Part shown: positions 47,546 to 57,061 of the stretch, one piece after another
Layout of the letters: each line of letters starts with the position of its first letter
Numbering within the stretch: position 1 is the stretch's first letter
DNA from: an uncultured bacterium
Lineage (GTDB): Bacteria > Babelota > Babeliae > Babelales > Vermiphilaceae
Length of the DNA stretch: 64,000 bases
Reading direction: 5' to 3'
NCBI GenBank assembly: GCA_963713925.1
Contig: OY970212.1
Location: 320,001-384,000, forward strand
Translations under genes and position numbers: made by a program
The notes under the pieces: generated by a model
Databases searched by the model: none
The model's input: only the letters and a program-made list of their open reading frames with translations
What the model was told of the DNA's origin: nothing

Positions 47546-48273
47546 TTGATTTTTATGTTAGACGAGAATAGATATAAGTCACGTATTTTTCTAAGAAAAC
47601 GTATAGCAGATAACAAGTTTGCTTTAAAAATACCTCCTTTATAAAATTGAAAACGTAGATCGTCTAAAATAGATATCATCTCATTAAGATATGGAGACCA
47701 ATTTTCTGGTAATGTATTAATCGTATTAATGTTTGCCGTAATTAGTATCGCCAGAGTCCGAAGAGCCTCAAAAGATTCACCCATGTAGAAATTGGGACCA
47801 TTTTTGCGGACAAAATCCAAAATCTTTTCGGGAAGAGATTGCCACAGCTTAGATGCTAATTCAGTAAAATATTTTGAGGTCGGAAAATCTGACCTCAGAT
47901 GGTCATCTGTTGTGCTCTCAGCAAAAATTTGTTCAAGGCTGATATTATTATTTTTGAGCCATTCTTGAGCCCCCGGGGTTCCCAGCGCATATGCGATGGC
48001 TGATTTTGAGGTATTCCATTGTTTACTGGTGTTTTCAAGTAATGCATTTATTGTTGTAGGATCATCAAGAAGTTGTCGCCAATATGTATTGACCAAACGT
48101 TTATCTTTTAACTTTGGGATGAACTCATCAAAGGTATTGCCTTCTTTACTGAGCAGAATGATCTGCAGTTGAAGGTCTGGGGGCAGGGTTTCTTGAAGAT
48201 AATTTTGGTTAATGTCTGCGGATTGAACACACGATATTAAAAAAAATGCGTTGATTACAATTATTTTCTTCAT
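47473..48273 (-). CDS. Secreted protein with F-box-like motif
   Basis: Signal peptide ..CVQS; LPPDLQLQII...RLVNTYWRQLL; 3' end overlaps the rlmB duplicate. Confidence 0.65.
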   Translation of the reverse strand: MKKIIVINAFFLISCVQSADINQNYLQETLPPDLQLQIILLSKEGNTFDEFIPKLKDKRLVNTYWRQLLDDPTTINALLENTSKQWNTSKSAIAYALGTPGAQEWLKNNNISLEQIFAESTTDDHLRSDFPTSKYFTELASKLWQSLPEKILDFVRKNGPNFYMGESFEALRTLAILITANINTINTLPENWSPYLNEMISILDDLRFQFYKGGIFKANLLSAIRFLRKIRDLYLFSSNIKINQLPIDFCCIAIKKSKIPAATEAL

Positions 48274-48423
48274 AATTTCATCCAAAAAAAAATTATAATT
48301 CTAATATTAATTATATTAAAAGAAGTTTGTCTACGTAAATGGTTTTTAAAAACGGTTCATTCTTGACGAATTCATAATGATCGAAATAGTATCGGAAGCA
48401 GAAGAAAAATTCGAACTAACCCA

Positions 48424-48504
48424 GGGCCCCAAATCAAGCGTAAGCAAGTTTGGGGTATAATCCGGGGGTCCCCCGTGCGTAACGTAAGTGTAGCAATGGG
48501 GGTT
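48424..48504 (+). repeat. Two tandem mini-hairpin repeats upstream of dps
   Basis: gggccccaaa...tttggggta and gggggtccccc...atgggggtt. Confidence 0.75.
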
Positions 48505-48519
48505 TTTATAGGAGTTTTT

Positions 48520-49209
48520 ATGAAATATAAGTCGAGCCACTCATTGCGTTATTTGTTTTTAGTTTTCTGCTATCTAGACGCATTCGTACTCCAAGCGGGT
48601 AGTCTCATTTCAATAAAAGAAGTTGCTGCTCAAGAAAGTCCTCTTGAACAACAAGCGGACAATGCTATAGTATCAAAAAAGCAGCAATCTCAAACCGCTT
48701 TCGCACCTTCACGTGAGAGCAATCAAAAAGGATATTCTATGGAACCAAATATCGGCATAACAAAAGCAGATCAAAAAAAGATTGGCGCCTCGCTCAATAC
48801 TCTCCTTTCGGATAACTTCGCATTGTATGTGAAGCTTCTCAATTATCATTGGAACATGAAAACAAAACATTTTCATGATCTACATGCATTCTTCAAAGAA
48901 TTGTACGAAAGCCAATTTGATATCATCGATGATATTGCAGAACGCGCTCAAACGATGGGCTCCGTGGCATATGGTTCGATGGCTGAATTTCTTAAGCATA
49001 CGCAATTGAAGGAAGCTTCTGGAAAACAACTCACCGATCAACAGATGCTCAAAGATCTTCTTGCAGATTATGAAACGGTTATCAGATCGACACGTGATAC
49101 AGCAAATAAAATGCTTGATAACAACGACATTGGCACTAACAACTTTTTAATCGACATTTTAGAACGCCAAGAAAAAAAAGCGTGGATGATTCGTTCAAGC
49201 ATTGAGTAA
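48520..49209 (+). CDS. dps: Dps family ferritin-like protein; core starts at ATG 48739, with an in-frame signal-like extension from 48520
   Basis: NYHWN, HDLHAFFKELY, DDIAER, EKKAWM. Confidence 0.9.
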   Translation: MKYKSSHSLRYLFLVFCYLDAFVLQAGSLISIKEVAAQESPLEQQADNAIVSKKQQSQTAFAPSRESNQKGYSMEPNIGITKADQKKIGASLNTLLSDNFALYVKLLNYHWNMKTKHFHDLHAFFKELYESQFDIIDDIAERAQTMGSVAYGSMAEFLKHTQLKEASGKQLTDQQMLKDLLADYETVIRSTRDTANKMLDNNDIGTNNFLIDILERQEKKAWMIRSSIE

Positions 49210-49305
49210 AGCGCCCGAATTGAAAAGATGCTTCGTCGTAATACTTCGAAGTAACTGTAAATTGGGTAAAAAAATATACGCAAATATCTGAATACATTTC
49301 ACTGT

Positions 49306-49340
49306 ATAGGACGCATAAAAGTATGCGTCCTATTTTTTTC
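49306..49340 (+). terminator. Rho-independent terminator
   Basis: ataggacgcata-aaag-tatgcgtcctat-tttttt. Confidence 0.75.
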
Positions 49341-49443
49341 TTGAATCTCGTTTTTTCTCTGTGTTAAAACAGAGAAGCCCCTATTTAGTTGGGTCCCAAA
49401 ATCAGGATGAAATAAGATTTCGGGTATAATGAGGAGAAAAAGA

Positions 49444-52400
49444 ATGAAGCATTTAATACTTCGATATGTGTTATCTTCACTATTAGTCGTATGTGGATTT
49501 ACGCATGCTCAAGACGAGCAAGAAAATTTTGAAAAAATGAAATCATCTTCTGAATCGCAATCTTCGGAGCCTTTAACCGAAGAAATAGATCAACAGGCCC
49601 CGGAATCTCTCATTGATTGTCTCAATACTTTGCACGCATGTTTGCTTGCGTGTGTTGAACTTGATTATCAACCCGAATCGCTTGAGCAAATTGTGCAATG
49701 GCTGAATGATGAAAATCATGATGAAATTACGCTTGCTGAGCTCGTTGAATTACTTGTTGAAGAACTTGAGGCGACCACACTCGATGATGATCCAATTGCG
49801 GAACTTGCAAAAAAGTACATTCCTCAATTGGAACAAAATGTCGATATGTTGCGTAGTCGCTCTCTTTCTTGCGGAGACCAGAATGCGCATGAAATCGATT
49901 TAGGTGTGAGTCGTCGCGCACGCATGGGTGCAGCATTGCGCTCAAGCACATTTGTCAGACCGACATCATTGACGACAAATGGCAATCTCTATATGGTCCA
50001 TTCAAACACAGCTTCTAACGTTGGCTTTATATATAAAAATAACGTTGTCTTTATGAATGACCTGGGCACCAACAGTGTTGGGCTTGGAGCTGCCGCGGGT
50101 GAGGATATAACGACAGCTTCAGATTGCACCGCAATTGGCGCAAATGCGCTATCGCTCAACACAACAGGCAGCGACAACACCGCCGTTGGATACAATACAC
50201 TTGCGCTCTGCGTAGCCGGGGGCACAAACGTTGCCGTTGGATCGCAAGCTCTTTCAAAAACAACGGCAAGCAGTACAACTGCTGTTGGATATCAGGCAGG
50301 AACAAATCTTACCACAGGAACACAAAACACTATGCTCGGATATCAAGCGCTCATGTCGGCTACCGGTGCTACCGACAACACTGCGCTCGGATACCAAACA
50401 ATGGTCAATTCGACCGGCGGAGGAAGCAATGTCGCCGTTGGATCATTCTCATTACAAAATTACACTAGCAATTTTACGGTAGCCGTTGGACACCAAGCAG
50501 GACAAGCACTCATTTCAGGAAATGAAAACACCGTGATCGGTTATCAGGCAATGGTCAATAGTGCAGCGGGCGCGGGAAATGTTGTTGTCGGCTATCAAGC
50601 AATGAAGAATGGTGGATCGAGCAACAATGTCGCCGTCGGAGCACAGTCATTGGAAAGTTGTACCGCAGGAAATACAACTGCTGTCGGATTTTTGGCGGGA
50701 CAGCAACTTACGTCAGGATCTCAAAACACCATGCTTGGTTATGACGCATTATCCTCAAGTTTAACAGACTCCTCAAATGTCGCTGTCGGGTATGAAGCGA
50801 TGACGAATGCAATCGGCGGCTCAAACAATGTCGCTGTCGGTGTAAGCGCGTTAAGTAACATCACTGTGGGCAATACTACGGCCGTCGGATATCAAGCGGG
50901 AACTGCACTTACATCAGGAAACCAAAATACGGCAGTCGGATATCAAGCTCTTTCTTCTGCAACGACATCTTCACAAAATACTGCAGTCGGATCACAAGCG
51001 ATGGGTAACTCGACAGGAGGAAGCCAATGTGTCGCGGTTGGTCAGAATGCTTTAATTAACAATGCCTCAGGGGGAGACTTCAACGTTGCCGTCGGAGCAA
51101 ACACGCTTTCAAGTAATACTTCAGGCAATGTCAACATTGCTATTGGGGTAAATGCTTTGGACAGTAACATAGCCGGAAGCGCAAACCTTATGATAGGTGA
51201 TAATGCTGGAGCATCCTTAATTGGCGGTGGTAATAATATCGGCATTGGTCGCTTTTCTCTCAATAGTAGTGCAACTGGTTCTACTAACGTTGCAATAGGC
51301 GAAGACGCTTTGCGGGCATATATGGGAAGCTCGAGTGTCGCAATTGGCTATCAAGCAGGACAAACACTTATAACGGGATCTCAAAACACTATACTTGGCT
51401 TTCAGGCAATGCTCTCAAGCGTGACTGGTGCGTTTAATACCGCTATCGGCTATCAAGCGATGGAATCCGCAACAATAGGTCAAAACAATGTTGCTGTTGG
51501 AGATGTAGCAATGATCGCAGCCTCCGGAAATAATAATATAGCTGTGGGAGCTAGCACGCTCGTGAGTGCTACCGGAAGTGATAATATAGGTGTGGGCTTT
51601 CAAGCACTGGAGAATGTTTCTGGAAATCAAAATATCGCTATCGGTTCATCGGCCGCCGCGGGCCTTTCCACCGGAACAAAAAACACGTGTGTAGGCTACC
51701 AAGCCCTCGGATCGGCAGTTGTAAGTAACTTCTCTCAAAATACAGCCGTTGGATGGGAATCCATGTCGAATCTCACCAACGGGTCACGAAACTGCGGCTT
51801 CGGGGATCAATCGTTGCAAAATACAACCGGGACACAAAATTGCGCTTTTGGTTCTCTTTCGGGGGAAAATCTATCTTCAGGAAGCAGTAATATTTTTATC
51901 GGAGCAGGCGCAGGACAAAATATTACTACCACTTCAAATAATATTGACATAGGAAATAATGGGACTTTAGGCGATTCCGGCATCATTAGAATTGGAACAT
52001 CAGGAACCGGAGCGGGACAACAAAATCAATGCTTTATTGCGGGAATCAGCGGATCAACTTCTTCGGGCGGTGTGGCCGTGCTCGTCAATGCAAGCGGACA
52101 ACTTGGAACAACCACTTCCTCGTTACGATATAAAGAAAACATTGCCGATATTACCAATGCGACTGAAAAAATGGCTGCTTTGCATCCCGTGCAATTTAAT
52201 TATAAAGTCGATCCGATAAAACATCTTGAATTCGGACTTATTGCCGAAGAAGTTGCACCGGTCATTCCAAATATTGTTGTCTATAATGATCAAGGGCAGA
52301 TCGAAACCGTGCAATATCACCAGCTTCCAGCACTCATCATCAAAGCATGGCAGGAGCTACAAGCGGTCGTCCAATCGCAACAAGCAGCAATCGCGACACT

Positions 52401-52488
52401 TCAACAACAGGTTTCCGATCAGACAACTCAGTTGTCACAACAACAAACTCAAATAGATGGCTTGTCTCAAAAATTGGCACAGGTTTAG
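49444..52488 (+). CDS. Secreted tail-fibre/adhesin-like repeat protein with C-terminal intramolecular chaperone (peptidase S74-like)
   Basis: Signal peptide; many N.AVG.QA[LMG] repeats; TTSSLRYKENI, GLIAEEV, YxxL, terminal coiled coil. Confidence 0.85.
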   Translation: MKHLILRYVLSSLLVVCGFTHAQDEQENFEKMKSSSESQSSEPLTEEIDQQAPESLIDCLNTLHACLLACVELDYQPESLEQIVQWLNDENHDEITLAELVELLVEELEATTLDDDPIAELAKKYIPQLEQNVDMLRSRSLSCGDQNAHEIDLGVSRRARMGAALRSSTFVRPTSLTTNGNLYMVHSNTASNVGFIYKNNVVFMNDLGTNSVGLGAAAGEDITTASDCTAIGANALSLNTTGSDNTAVGYNTLALCVAGGTNVAVGSQALSKTTASSTTAVGYQAGTNLTTGTQNTMLGYQALMSATGATDNTALGYQTMVNSTGGGSNVAVGSFSLQNYTSNFTVAVGHQAGQALISGNENTVIGYQAMVNSAAGAGNVVVGYQAMKNGGSSNNVAVGAQSLESCTAGNTTAVGFLAGQQLTSGSQNTMLGYDALSSSLTDSSNVAVGYEAMTNAIGGSNNVAVGVSALSNITVGNTTAVGYQAGTALTSGNQNTAVGYQALSSATTSSQNTAVGSQAMGNSTGGSQCVAVGQNALINNASGGDFNVAVGANTLSSNTSGNVNIAIGVNALDSNIAGSANLMIGDNAGASLIGGGNNIGIGRFSLNSSATGSTNVAIGEDALRAYMGSSSVAIGYQAGQTLITGSQNTILGFQAMLSSVTGAFNTAIGYQAMESATIGQNNVAVGDVAMIAASGNNNIAVGASTLVSATGSDNIGVGFQALENVSGNQNIAIGSSAAAGLSTGTKNTCVGYQALGSAVVSNFSQNTAVGWESMSNLTNGSRNCGFGDQSLQNTTGTQNCAFGSLSGENLSSGSSNIFIGAGAGQNITTTSNNIDIGNNGTLGDSGIIRIGTSGTGAGQQNQCFIAGISGSTSSGGVAVLVNASGQLGTTTSSLRYKENIADITNATEKMAALHPVQFNYKVDPIKHLEFGLIAEEVAPVIPNIVVYNDQGQIETVQYHQLPALIIKAWQELQAVVQSQQAAIATLQQQVSDQTTQLSQQQTQIDGLSQKLAQV

Positions 52489-52525
52489 GCAAATATCAAA
52501 GTGAATATTGATCAAGAATAAGACA

Positions 52526-52560
52526 AAAAGGGGTTGACTCTATAGAGTCGACCCCTTTAT
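52526..52560. terminator. Terminator between convergent genes
   Basis: aaaaggggttgactc-tata-gagtcgaccccttt. Confidence 0.75.
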
Positions 52561-52563
52561 TCT

Positions 52564-53004
52564 TCAAAGTCCCGGAATGGTATCGTTATACCGTCCACTC
52601 AGGATCGCTCGCTCGTAGATACGTGTACGGTTGTAAGAATCAATATATGCTTCACGTGCAACATCTGCCATTGTTTTCCAATAATTAGGATCATATGGAA
52701 TGTCGTTTGGAATGTAGTTGTATGGTGGGGTAGCAGTCGTAAGCTGATCGGCAGCCGGGCGCGCTGCTGGCATCGTCACATGAGCCACAGGCACTTCAGG
52801 GTTGATTGTGTTTTTGTTTTCCGCGAGAAGTTTCTCCCCGCAAAATCTAATATGCATACCAAAACCTTGTTTCATCATGGTTCTGCCACAATGCGGACAC
52901 TGTTTTTTTTCTTTTTTGGTTTTATTTTGAGCAGGGTGTGCTGCATACGAATCAACTATCGTTAAGGTAATACAATTAAGGATAATACATAAAAAGATCT
53001 TCAA
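52564..53004 (-). CDS. Secreted protein with C2HC zinc-finger-like motif
   Basis: AGGAG then TTG 53004; signal ..SYA; KTKKEKKQCPHCG...HIRFC. Confidence 0.7.
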   Translation of the reverse strand: MKIFLCIILNCITLTIVDSYAAHPAQNKTKKEKKQCPHCGRTMMKQGFGMHIRFCGEKLLAENKNTINPEVPVAHVTMPAARPAADQLTTATPPYNYIPNDIPYDPNYWKTMADVAREAYIDSYNRTRIYERAILSGRYNDTIPGL

Positions 53005-53059
53005 ATGAACTCCTCTCTCATATGAGTTTTGGGTCAATAATACACGGTTGAGAATTTGT

Positions 53060-53317
53060 TTATTTCTTAGTCGTAATACGCTTTATGTTATTGTCAAATA
53101 ATATCATTTTCCCGGTTTCGGCAAACTGTTGTAAGAGACATTGATGTTTCGATTTGCGGAATCTACGTATTAGTTGGCCGCAATATAAGCAGGGTTCTTT
53201 TTGAAAGCGATTTGATAGACGTGTTGCATCGTTCTCTTGATCAGTAAAACTACTGATATTCATATCCATTGAAACAAGACGGATGGTGAAAAAGAATAAA
53301 AAGAATAGTCTTTTCAT
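53060..53317 (-). CDS. Small secreted protein with Zn-knuckle-like motif
   Basis: Signal-like MKRLFFLFFFTIRLVS; CLYCG...KHQC. Confidence 0.6.
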   Translation of the reverse strand: MKRLFFLFFFTIRLVSMDMNISSFTDQENDATRLSNRFQKEPCLYCGQLIRRFRKSKHQCLLQQFAETGKMILFDNNIKRITTKK

Positions 53318-53338
53318 ATAAAAACTCTATTTAAAGAT

Positions 53339-53737
53339 TTATTCAGATGTATCGGAATCGGATGGGTAAACTTCTTCACGGCGTATTTTCGTTCCTGACC
53401 ATTCTGATAAGTCTTGCGCGACATCTTTTCGCACTACCCTCTTGGAACAAGCCCCTCCGCGCTCCAAACAACAGGAAGAAATTGCCGACCCATGCATAGG
53501 CCCTTCTTGAAAGACGGTCTTAACAGCCGGGGGCGTTGATACGACAACTTTTGCAACATCGGACCACGGTTGTATGTCATGCCATGAAAACGCGCGCTCG
53601 ACCTTGAACTCATCATAACGCTCAACCTGAGAACAACCGGCAAAGAAATTGGAATGAGATCGATTAGCTTTTTTTTCCGATCCGTTCGCAAAAAAAACTC
53701 CAAGAAGATGCATCGTCAAAAAAATCGTTCTTTTCAT
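53339..53737 (-). CDS. Secreted hypothetical protein
   Basis: GAGGA then ATG 53737; signal ..FANG. Confidence 0.65.
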   Translation of the reverse strand: MKRTIFLTMHLLGVFFANGSEKKANRSHSNFFAGCSQVERYDEFKVERAFSWHDIQPWSDVAKVVVSTPPAVKTVFQEGPMHGSAISSCCLERGGACSKRVVRKDVAQDLSEWSGTKIRREEVYPSDSDTSE

Positions 53738-53897
53738 ATAATTCCTCACATTTATTACGATCACGGTATTTTAAATTAAACGAACAATTTCACAGTAAAT
53801 CATACTCTTTTTGCCATTTTTCACAACAACTGTTTTTTACAAATAGCAACATTTGCTACTATTTTAATATACCCCTTAACAATGCAAGGATTGTACT

Positions 53898-54605
53898 ATG
53901 TCTTTGTTTTATAGAATAAGCGAAAAACGACTCTATTTTCTAAGCACAACATTCACAATATTCATGTCCATTTGGATGCCACAAAGTGAAATACGTGCTC
54001 AAACCTCCAATTTTTGTAGCATTTCAGAGCCGGCCAATGTCAATATTGTCCGAACCCAGGTGTATGATTATTTCAATTCGGGTGCATATATCAAGGATAT
54101 TAGGTGTATCGCTGACCAGGCGAGAGCTTATTTGGATACGATTTCCAAGGTTACCCCGGATATGGTTGTTGTGTTTGATATTGATGAGACCATTATTTCA
54201 AATTGGGCCCACAATAAGCAGCATCAATTTATTTATCATAAAGACCTATTAAAGGCCTGGGAAGAATCGGCAGCCGCTCCTGCCATTGAGCCCATGAGAG
54301 AACTTTTTCATTACGTCCTCAAGCGTGGATTTACCATTGTTATCATAACCGGCCGAGGCCCACATACAAGAGGTTATACGCTCAAAAATCTTGAGAGCGA
54401 CGGATACTATGGATGGAAAGCACTCATATTCCGGCCGCATGGTTATCATGGTCCAAATGCTTTCTACAAAGCTGAAGTTCGTCGCCTGATTGAGCGGCGG
54501 GGGTATACCATTGTGGCAAATCTTGGGGACCAAGAGAGCGATCTGGCAGGCGGCCATGCGCGCAAGACATTTAAGTTGCCTAATCCTATGTACTACTTAC
54601 CATAA
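53898..54605 (+). CDS. HAD-superfamily class IIIB acid phosphatase (plant acid-phosphatase-like), exported
   Basis: VFDIDETII, ITGR, GDQESDL, TFKLPNPMYY. Confidence 0.88.
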   Translation: MSLFYRISEKRLYFLSTTFTIFMSIWMPQSEIRAQTSNFCSISEPANVNIVRTQVYDYFNSGAYIKDIRCIADQARAYLDTISKVTPDMVVVFDIDETIISNWAHNKQHQFIYHKDLLKAWEESAAAPAIEPMRELFHYVLKRGFTIVIITGRGPHTRGYTLKNLESDGYYGWKALIFRPHGYHGPNAFYKAEVRRLIERRGYTIVANLGDQESDLAGGHARKTFKLPNPMYYLP

Positions 54606-54614
54606 TGGAACACT

Positions 54615-54815
54615 TGGCCCACTATACAGGAGCAGGTCAAAAGAGCCCCGCTCCCCGCGGGAAGGGGCAAGAGTAGTTTTGCCACCACTCTTGCATCTCG
54701 GGCAATTAAGACCAAGGTCTTAATGATCCCTTCAGCCGCGCCGAGTCGGCCATACAAAATTTCTTACGAAATTTCTTCATGGCTTCCACGTCGCTCATTG
54801 GGATTTCTTTTCTTT
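54615..54815 (-). other. Structured non-coding element, copy A (ncRNA or repeat candidate)
   Basis: Series of hairpins colinear with copy B on the opposite strand. Confidence 0.5.
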
Positions 54816-54868
54816 ACCAATGCGACATTATTATCCAAGCCAAATTATAATGCAACACAAATAGCTAC

Positions 54869-55082
54869 GATGAAATAAAAAAATCTATGCAGCTTCATTC
54901 GGACCATTAAGAGATTTGTGAAACAAATCACGTGTGGTCGAACCTGAAGCGATTACAGCGGCTTCTTAAGGCAGCAGGCCTTAAGTGCCTGGATTCCAAA
55001 GGAGGTGGCAGCACCTCCTTTGGCGCTGGTCCCCGCGGAGGGGACAAAAGTTCTTTGGTGCCCGCCCCTGCATAAGGGGCTT
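54869..55082 (+). other. Structured non-coding element, copy B (ncRNA or repeat candidate)
   Basis: Hairpins ttaaggc..gccttaa, ccaaaggaggtg..cacctcctttgg, gtcccc..ggggac. Confidence 0.5.
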
Positions 55083-55220
55083 AAAACTTCTTTTGCCTAT
55101 TTGCCAATTTCATGTTACCCTTTATACCAGTATTGTTATTATTTAATAAACCCCTTTGATCCTCTTGCTTCAGGCGAAACTCAGTTCTTGAGTCACTCAA
55201 AGAAAGCACACAGTATCCAA

Positions 55221-57059
55221 ATGTCAAAAGAATTTATACGTCCTTCTCAGTTTGCGCATGTTGACGCAACTGGCCTCATCAACCATGAACAATTTGATCT
55301 GAATGATGAGCAGCTGAAAGAACTTGATGCGCTCTATTCAGGCATGTTTGCAAGCTTGAATCCGGGCAAATTGACTGTCGGTAAGGTAGTACGCGTTGAT
55401 TCAGACGGTGTACTTGTCGACATCAACTTTAAATCAAATGGTCTTATCCCTCGCTACGAATTTACTGAGCATGAATTGAAAAAATTGCAGCCGGGCGATG
55501 AGATTGAAGTGATCCTTGATGAGCTTGAAAGCGTTGACGGTGCGGTTGTTCTTTCTTATGAAAAAGCAAAAGCATTGCGCGCATGGGATCATATCACCAA
55601 GCTCTTTGAAGAAGGCAAACCAGTTGAAGGTGTCGTTACCCATAAAGTTAAAGGCGGTCTTAACGTCGATGTGGGCATTCCTGCATTCTTGCCAGGTTCA
55701 CAAATCGATCTTCAACGCGTTATGGATTTTGATCAATATGTTGGTCAAACCATCACTGCAAACATTTTGAAATTAAATCAAAAGCGTGGAAACATTATCA
55801 TTTCCCGTCGTAAATATCTTGCAGATCAACGCAGTGAAACACGTAAACAAATCCTTGATACACTCAAAGAAGGTCAAGTGATCCAAGGTCAAGTTAAAAA
55901 CATTACGAACTATGGTGTGTTTATTGACATCGGCGGTGTTGACGGATTGCTCCATATCACCGATATGACTTGGGGACGCATTTCACATCCAAGCGAACTT
56001 GTGAAAGTCGGACAAACACTCACCGTTAAAGTGTTATCGTTTGACAAATCAAATGAGAAAATTTCCCTTGGCTTGAAACAGCTTTCTGATAACCCATGGC
56101 AAAAAGTTGCTGAAACCTTAACGGTCGGCAGCAAAGTCAAAGGTAAAATTTCAAGCATCACCGATTATGGTCTTTTTGTTGAAGTGCAAAAAGGTGTTGA
56201 AGGATTGGTGCACATTTCTGAAATTTCATGGACTGATCGCATCAATGATTTGACTCACAAATACAAAGTTGGTCAAGAAATTGAAGCGCTTGTTGTTTCT
56301 ATTGATCCTGCAAACCGACGCATGTCATTGAGCATTAAGCAACTTGAGAAGAATCCTTGGGAAACAATTGATACACAGTTTGCAGTTGGTCAAAAGATCA
56401 AAGGCACTGTGAGCAACGTTACTGATTTCGGTATTTTCGTGCAACTATTGCCGGGAATCGACGGATTGGTGCATATTTCAGACCTTTCATGGACTGAGCA
56501 TATCAATCATCCGAGCGATATGTTCAAAAAAGGTCAAGAAGTTGAAGCTGTTATTCTTGGCATCGATAAAGAAAACAAGAAGATCTCATTGGGCATTAAG
56601 CAGTTGGCTCAAGATCCATGGGATGCTATTGAACAAGAATATAAAGTCGGCTCAATCATTGATGGCGAAGTTTCAAAGATTACCAACTTCGGTGCGTTTG
56701 TAAAACTGAAAAACGGCGTTGAAGGATTGGTTCATATTTCTGAGCTTTCCGATCAGACCGTTGAAAAAGTTGAAGATGTGCTCAAGGTTGGTCAAATCGC
56801 GCAATTCAGAGTCATCAATGTTAACAAAGCGGATCGCAAGATTGGCCTCAGCCTTAAGTTAAATCCTTCAGCAAGTGATGTGAAGAAAGAAACACGTCAA
56901 TTCAAAAAATCTGAAGAAAAACCTTACAAAGCTCCTGCTGCAGGTAAAAAAGAAAAACCTGTAAAAGAAGAAACAAAGGTTAAGAGCATGTTGCAACTTG
57001 AGCTTGAACGTCACGCTGCTCGCCAAAAAAACTCTTCAGATGATGAATCAGGAGAATAA
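55221..57059 (+). CDS. rpsA: 30S ribosomal protein S1
   Basis: Six S1 repeats (FLPGSQID, DGLLHITD, GLVHISE, ISLGLKQ). Confidence 0.97.
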   Translation: MSKEFIRPSQFAHVDATGLINHEQFDLNDEQLKELDALYSGMFASLNPGKLTVGKVVRVDSDGVLVDINFKSNGLIPRYEFTEHELKKLQPGDEIEVILDELESVDGAVVLSYEKAKALRAWDHITKLFEEGKPVEGVVTHKVKGGLNVDVGIPAFLPGSQIDLQRVMDFDQYVGQTITANILKLNQKRGNIIISRRKYLADQRSETRKQILDTLKEGQVIQGQVKNITNYGVFIDIGGVDGLLHITDMTWGRISHPSELVKVGQTLTVKVLSFDKSNEKISLGLKQLSDNPWQKVAETLTVGSKVKGKISSITDYGLFVEVQKGVEGLVHISEISWTDRINDLTHKYKVGQEIEALVVSIDPANRRMSLSIKQLEKNPWETIDTQFAVGQKIKGTVSNVTDFGIFVQLLPGIDGLVHISDLSWTEHINHPSDMFKKGQEVEAVILGIDKENKKISLGIKQLAQDPWDAIEQEYKVGSIIDGEVSKITNFGAFVKLKNGVEGLVHISELSDQTVEKVEDVLKVGQIAQFRVINVNKADRKIGLSLKLNPSASDVKKETRQFKKSEEKPYKAPAAGKKEKPVKEETKVKSMLQLELERHAARQKNSSDDESGE

Positions 57060-57061
57060 GC

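Noticed and set aside
47968..48000. ggggttcccagcgcatatgcgatgg as another in-gene repeat copy
   Set aside because: It lacks the GGGTA end and is explained equally well by codons for AYALGTPG.
49444..52488. Prophage suggested by the tail-fibre-like gene
   Set aside because: No capsid, terminase, portal or integrase genes nearby, and the gene has a signal peptide.
54615..55082. Assignment of the structured elements to tmRNA, RNase P, SRP or 6S RNA
   Set aside because: Hallmarks (tRNA-like ends with CCA, GAGGAAAGUCC, SRP loop, single long rod) were not found by eye; left unassigned.
55005..55220. 72-aa N-terminal extension of RpsA
   Set aside because: It begins inside structured element B and has no S1-like sequence; ATG 55221 preferred.
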